A DNA stretch of 12,804 bases from Candidatus Hadarchaeales archaeon (GTDB lineage Archaea; Hadarchaeota; Hadarchaeia; Hadarchaeales; Hadarchaeaceae), in contig JAWCLG010000019.1 in assembly GCA_038851075.1 (NCBI GenBank), positions 1-12,804 of the forward strand, given 5' to 3'. A program made the position numbers and the translations under genes. Positions 8,953 to 12,804 of this stretch are shown here, piece by piece. The notes below the pieces were generated by a model that did no database searches, was not told where the DNA came from, and saw only the letters and a list, made by a program, of their open reading frames with translations. Position 1 is the first letter of the stretch. Every line of letters begins with the position of its first letter.

Positions 8953-9642
8953 ATGACAAACTTCATCTTCATGCTGACCCACCATGATGTGACAATTAAA
9001 AACGCTCTCGAGGTTTTTGAGGAGGTCGAGAACACCGGACTTGAATGCATAGGGTGCAAAAATATCGGGCTCCCCGACAACGAATTGAAAAAGCTTGTGA
9101 CATCTATGAAGGATGCCGGAATGAAAAGCTTCATGGAGATTGTCACCTACGACAAAAAGGAAACGCTGGAGGCCCTGAAAAAAGCTGACGAGCTAGAAAT
9201 CGACTATCTCATCGGAGGGATGCCATTTTTCACCGATACTGTGATGAGGGCGATAAAGGATGAAAAACTGAGTGTAAAGTACTGCCCCTATGTGGGCGGA
9301 ATTGTCGGACATCCCTGCGTTCTTAAGGGTAGCATCGAATACATAATAGAGGACGCAAAGAGAACCAAGAAACTGGGGGTAAGCGGGATAAATCTGCTCG
9401 CGTATCGGCATAGGGAAGAGGATCCCCACGAGCTCCTCAGAGAATATATAAAACAGATAAAGGTCCCGACAATCGTTGCCGGCGACATCAACAGCTTTGA
9501 GAGAATAAGGGAGGTAACGGAACTCGGATACTGGGGTTTCACGATAGGCGGCGCTGTGATCGAGAAGAAAATCGTGCCAAAGGGATCTATCGTCGATCAG
9601 GTAAAAGCCGTCCTTGAAGAGGTAAAAAAGGCAGAGAAGTGA
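8953..9642 (+). CDS. Uncharacterised TIM-barrel (ribulose-phosphate-binding-barrel-like) protein
   Basis: FIFMLTHHDVT, IGCKNIGLP, FMEIV, DYLIGG, Y.PYVG..VGHP..L.G, GINLLAYR, IVAGDINS, WGFTIGGA (C-terminal phosphate-binding pattern); GGTGA RBS before ATG 8953. Confidence 0.65.
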   Translation: MTNFIFMLTHHDVTIKNALEVFEEVENTGLECIGCKNIGLPDNELKKLVTSMKDAGMKSFMEIVTYDKKETLEALKKADELEIDYLIGGMPFFTDTVMRAIKDEKLSVKYCPYVGGIVGHPCVLKGSIEYIIEDAKRTKKLGVSGINLLAYRHREEDPHELLREYIKQIKVPTIVAGDINSFERIREVTELGYWGFTIGGAVIEKKIVPKGSIVDQVKAVLEEVKKAEK

Positions 9643-9827
9643 GCTTTCTCCGGCTCTCAAAATTTCTTCACCCCGGGCGTAATGTTTCTCGCTGTTTTTA
9701 TGCAGTCAGGAAAAGTTAAACGGTGACGAGAGAACAGATAACTCGGTGTTGCATTGTCTGTTGTTCAAATCGGCAGCCATGACAAAAATTTAGAGATTGA
9801 GATCTACAATAAGTTGGTGGGGACCTG

Positions 9828-10334
9828 ATGATATACCTCTATACCGGAACTGGCGGTGGAAAGACAACGAACGCGCTCGGCGCTGCCCTGAGGTCTGTAG
9901 GACATGGGCGGAAAGTTGCCATAATACAGTTCATGAAGTGGTGGAAAAATGTTGGAGAATACAAAATAAGAAAAAAGCTGGCGCCTTACTATGAGATTTA
10001 CCAGTTCGGGAGGAAGGGCTGGGTTGGACTGAAAAGCCTAGATGAAAGGGACAGAATGTTGGCGAAAAGGGGGCTGGAGTTCGCGAGGAAAATCGTGAAG
10101 GAGAAGAGGCCGCACCTGCTCGTGCTTGATGAGATAAACTTGGCAGTCCACTGCAGGCTTCTCGATGTCAAAGAAGTGCTCGAATTCCTGGACAGTCTTC
10201 CTAAGGGTATTGATGTCTTCCTCACGGGCAGGTACGCCCCAAAGGAGCTCATAGAGAGGGCGGACTTCGTGAACGAGGTGGTCGACATCAAGCACCCAAG
10301 AGTGATTCCGACCACAAGGGGCATTCAGTACTGA
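9828..10334 (+). CDS. cobO: Cob(I)yrinic acid a,c-diamide adenosyltransferase (CobO/BtuR/CobA type)
   Basis: YTG.G.GKTT.ALG.ALR.VGHG.KV.IIQFMK, LVLDEIN, LTGRYAP.ELIERADFV.E, KHP, RGIQY. Confidence 0.92.
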   Translation: MIYLYTGTGGGKTTNALGAALRSVGHGRKVAIIQFMKWWKNVGEYKIRKKLAPYYEIYQFGRKGWVGLKSLDERDRMLAKRGLEFARKIVKEKRPHLLVLDEINLAVHCRLLDVKEVLEFLDSLPKGIDVFLTGRYAPKELIERADFVNEVVDIKHPRVIPTTRGIQY

Positions 10335-10335
10335 A

Positions 10336-10620
10336 ATGGCCCCCGCTGTTCCCCAACACACTAACCCCGGGTTTCCTCGGCTGTCATTTCGACGTCCTCG
10401 GCCCGGTAACCCTCGTGGCGGGGATTTTGTCGGGGGCCTAGCCCGCCTGTCACACACCAGGGTTGTCTTCAGGGTCATCGATAGACGATCCCGCCAATAA
10501 CTCCCCGAAGGACCCAATTTGGCGTGGCTCTCAGCGGGCCTGCTCTGGTGTCACCGCGGTGATGCACTGACGTTCACGGATCGCGTCAGCTCTCGATTCC
10601 CGCGGCCTTTGTCCCCTCAT
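10336..10620 (-). ncRNA. Putative three-hairpin box H/ACA pseudouridylation guide sRNA
   Basis: Three stem-pocket-stem hairpins, each with a tandem-GA K-loop/K-turn, and ACA boxes at 10549-10551, 10448-10450 and 10347-10349, each 14 nt from the top of a 3' guide segment. Guides are complementary to conserved 23S rRNA. GC-rich, lies between convergent genes. Ends approximate. Confidence 0.8.
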
Positions 10621-10645
10621 TGCAATAGTCATTATGTCCCATGTG

Positions 10646-10660
10646 GCTAAAAATCGTTTC
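10646..10660 (-). promoter_or_regulatory. Candidate BRE/TATA promoter for the sRNA
   Basis: Minus strand GAAACGA-TTTTTAGC, resembling other promoters in the window; a second candidate TTTATAA lies at 10669-10675. Confidence 0.45.
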
Positions 10661-10700
10661 TGCTTCCCTTATAAACCCGGACTTCATGGATGTAACTAAG

Positions 10701-11867
10701 TCATTTCATCAGCCTGAACATAATGGGTGCAAGCACTGCTGTTATGAGGATCGCAACCACCATTGCCGGATATATTTCGGCGGATAGCAGGCCGGTTTCC
10801 TTCCCAAACTGTATCATCGCGAGTTCGAGGCTTCCCCTTGCACACATCGCCGCCCCGATCTTTACGGAATCTCTCCCGTTGTATCCCACGGCCGATGCGG
10901 CGGTGGCCGACCCCAACGTCTTTCCGGCGATGGCAGCTGCGAGCAGTGCCAAAACGATGAATAGGTTCACACCAAGCAACGCGGGGAACAATAAACCAAT
11001 GTAGGCAAAGAAGAATGGCGTGAGCACTGCCTGCAGCACCGTGCTCATGTCGTCCAGCAGAGCATTGAGCCTTATCCGACTGAGGAGCAGGGCATCCGGT
11101 CTTTCCCTGAGCCTGCCGATGAAAAGGCCAGCCACGTATGCACCTATTATCTCATGAAGGCCGATGTACCTTGCAATGACCGCAAACACCATGGCGAGCA
11201 CTATGGCAAATGTCACAGGTATACCCCTTCCCCTAGACCTCCAGAGGTGCTTCATCACGTCAAATTTCACCACGAGCTTTTGGGATAGATAAGCGACGCT
11301 CAGGAAAAACGCGACGATGCCCACGGTGGTCCACAAGATCACACCCACATCGGCCGGAAGCCCCAACTTCTGCTTCAGCGTAATGGTCGACGTTATCCCA
11401 AGAACGTAGACCGCCAATATGTCATCAACAAGGGCAGCGGCCGTGACCACATGGTAAAGATGGCTCCTCGCTGTGAACCTGGCCACGATCTCGGTTGCCG
11501 TGTTGCTCAGGACGGCCCCGATGAACACAGCGCCAAGAAGGTTCCCCGTGCAGAGGTAACCGGCGCCTGTGCCCAGCAGCAGCGAGACGCAGACGCCTGC
11601 CAGCGAGATCACAAATGATTTGAACCTCACGCGTGCAAGCACATCGAAGCGAGAACTCATACCCGATGCCAGCATCATGATTATGAGCCCAAGCGTTGCC
11701 AGGGCCTCTATTTGAGCGCTCTTAGATATGAGGCCGAATATCGCTGGGCCGAGGATGACACCAGCCATGACCTCGCCGATCAGGGAAGAAAATCCGTATC
11801 GGTGGAATATCTCGCCAAGGACCTTTGCCACAAGAAGGAGCACGAGCAGCTCTATGAGAAACTCCAA
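10701..11867 (-). CDS. Cation:proton antiporter, CPA2 (NapA/KefB-like)
   Basis: LIGEVMAGVILGP, VLSNTATEI, AALVDDILA, IIGAYVAGL, PFFFAYIGL, GK, MCARG; TTG start with GAGGTGA RBS. Confidence 0.92.
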   Translation of the reverse strand: MEFLIELLVLLLVAKVLGEIFHRYGFSSLIGEVMAGVILGPAIFGLISKSAQIEALATLGLIIMMLASGMSSRFDVLARVRFKSFVISLAGVCVSLLLGTGAGYLCTGNLLGAVFIGAVLSNTATEIVARFTARSHLYHVVTAAALVDDILAVYVLGITSTITLKQKLGLPADVGVILWTTVGIVAFFLSVAYLSQKLVVKFDVMKHLWRSRGRGIPVTFAIVLAMVFAVIARYIGLHEIIGAYVAGLFIGRLRERPDALLLSRIRLNALLDDMSTVLQAVLTPFFFAYIGLLFPALLGVNLFIVLALLAAAIAGKTLGSATAASAVGYNGRDSVKIGAAMCARGSLELAMIQFGKETGLLSAEIYPAMVVAILITAVLAPIMFRLMK

Positions 11868-11871
11868 TGGA

Positions 11872-12105
11872 TCACCTCTCCCAAAGGACCCTGTCGCCTG
11901 CCTCTATCCTGAGTATCCTGTGGTAGGGAATCTGAACCTCACCATGCCCTGATCTCACGTGCATGAAGGACCTCCCGAGCCTCACAATATCCATATCCGT
12001 GAACGTCTTCCTGTCCCCCGGGGCTCCCCTGTGCAGGATGGTTACCCTCACATCGCGCATCTCCCCGCACCACTTGAGCTTGTTCAGCACATCCCTGGGC
12101 CCCAA
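11872..12105 (-). CDS. MJ1316/DUF504 (UPF0248) putative RNA cyclic-end recognition domain protein
   Basis: RDVLNKLKW, ILHRGAP, IPYHRI..I....VLWER; TTG 12105 preferred (GGTGGTGA RBS overlapping the upstream stop). Confidence 0.85.
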   Translation of the reverse strand: MGPRDVLNKLKWCGEMRDVRVTILHRGAPGDRKTFTDMDIVRLGRSFMHVRSGHGEVQIPYHRILRIEAGDRVLWER

Positions 12106-12109
12106 GCGT

Positions 12110-12634
12110 TCACCACCTGCCGGACTCGTAGACCCATATCCCATGTTCCTCATCGACCTTTACTGGCTTCCACCCATCAAACTTCCACTTGTGCGTCACG
12201 ACCCTTGTACCCCGTCTCAGTTCCCTCTCCAGCTTCTCCTTCAGCTTTCGGTTGCCCCACGGCGACAGATATGCCGCAACCACATCGGCATCACTAAGGT
12301 CCACATCTAACAGGTTGCCGCACACCAGGTCCACATTCCTTCCACATCCCTGAGCTTTCCCCCTGATCGTGGCCAGAAGATGGAGAAACGGGTTTATCTC
12401 AACGCCGGTGGGCCTCGCCCCGAACTCCCTATATGCCGTGATGGCAATCCTGCCATCTCCAGATCCGAGATCGTAAATTCTCTCTCCCTCTTTAAGATCG
12501 GCCATCTCCAGCATTCTCCTCACGGTCTTCATGGGCGTGGGAGACCAGGGCGCGCCCCATAAAAATGTGATTAGAAGCGAGAGGAGGACTGCCAACATCA
12601 GGAGGAGAACGATGAGTGCTACTATCACGAGCAA
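12110..12634 (-). CDS. Class I SAM-dependent methyltransferase with N-terminal membrane anchor (FAM173/aKMT-like putative protein-lysine methyltransferase)
   Basis: Hydrophobic N-terminus, GAPWSPT, YDLGSGDGRI, GVEINP, DADVV..YL, G.RVVTH; TTG start with GAGGTGA RBS. Confidence 0.85.
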   Translation of the reverse strand: MLVIVALIVLLLMLAVLLSLLITFLWGAPWSPTPMKTVRRMLEMADLKEGERIYDLGSGDGRIAITAYREFGARPTGVEINPFLHLLATIRGKAQGCGRNVDLVCGNLLDVDLSDADVVAAYLSPWGNRKLKEKLERELRRGTRVVTHKWKFDGWKPVKVDEEHGIWVYESGRW

Positions 12635-12638
12635 ATGT

Positions 12639-12804
12639 TCACCTCAGCTCGGGGTAAAAGGCCTCGAGCGCCCTCCTCACGCATTTGCCTCCATCCCTTT
12701 CAACGTCTGGACCGTGTCCAGGATAAATTTTATCGACATCAAGCTGGCTCAGGCGCTTCAGCGACCTTCCCATCTCCCTCCAGTCGCTTGAGGGAAGGTC
12801 CGTG
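12639..12804 (-). CDS. MBL-fold metallo-hydrolase (glyoxalase II-like), C-terminal fragment
   Basis: Hand translation TDLPSSDWREMGRSLKRLSQLDVDKIYPGHGPDVERDGGKCVRRALEAFYPELR*; TDLP...SL.RL...YPGHG is the MBL C-terminal motif. Absent from the ORF track. Confidence 0.85.
   Translation of the reverse strand, partial: TDLPSSDWREMGRSLKRLSQLDVDKIYPGHGPDVERDGGKCVRRALEAFYPELR

Noticed and set aside
8838-9146. N-terminal extensions of the MFS ORF (to 9146) and the TIM-barrel ORF (from 8872); likewise the 7263 and 12153 starts
   Set aside because: They overlap neighbouring genes or promoters; internal starts have better RBS/TATA support.
9700-9827. Possible C/D sRNA (GTGACGA) or hairpin AACAGATA/TGTCTGTT upstream of cobO; cobalamin riboswitch
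   Set aside because: No CUGA D box at a suitable distance and no B12-box consensus; a single modest hairpin is not enough.
10336-10620. SRP RNA, RNase P RNA, c-di-AMP or cobalamin riboswitch, or hammerhead ribozyme as the identity of the structured RNA
   Set aside because: Only fragmentary resemblances (CAGGCCC without GGAAGGGAGCA; GAGGAAA and ACAGGCGGGCUA in the wrong order for RNase P; CUGAAGA without GAAA). No downstream gene to regulate, and the H/ACA model explains almost all of the sequence.
10038-10642. Minus-strand ORFs across the sRNA (10038-10517; a 33-aa MTIAMRG peptide; a TGA-interrupted frame as a possible selenoprotein)
   Set aside because: No protein-like motifs, the longest overlaps cobO antisense, and the sequence is better explained by RNA structure.
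1-12804. CRISPR arrays, transposases, integrases, tRNA/rRNA genes, defence systems
   Set aside because: None seen by eye. Tm-1 is antiviral in tomato, but nothing in this context supports a defence role.

Overview
Archaeal genomic window (TATA/BRE-type promoters, GGTGA/GAGGTGA ribosome-binding sites, TTG starts, leaderless genes). Left two-thirds: an uncharacterised, probably catabolic locus with a Tm-1-like/UPF0261 ATP-binding protein (partial, missing from the ORF track), two divergent paralogues of the PEP-hydrolase-like/TIM-barrel signal transduction family, a LIV/HAAT ABC transporter split into two convergent gene pairs with no binding protein in view, a divergent ComB-family phosphatase, a small muconolactone-isomerase-like protein, an MFS transporter and an orphan TIM-barrel enzyme. 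Right third: cobO/btuR and a convergent operon (MBL hydrolase, membrane-anchored SAM methyltransferase, MJ1316/DUF504 protein, CPA2 antiporter). The best finding lies between them: a ~285-nt minus-strand non-coding RNA that folds by hand into three H/ACA hairpins, each with a K-turn or K-loop and an ACA box 14 nt below its pocket. Two pockets match conserved 23S rRNA sites (H69; peptidyl-transferase centre/A-loop), and two ACA boxes are unusually enclosed by extra outer stems. Family calls and rRNA target sequences come from recalled motifs, and folds were done by eye; no searches were run.
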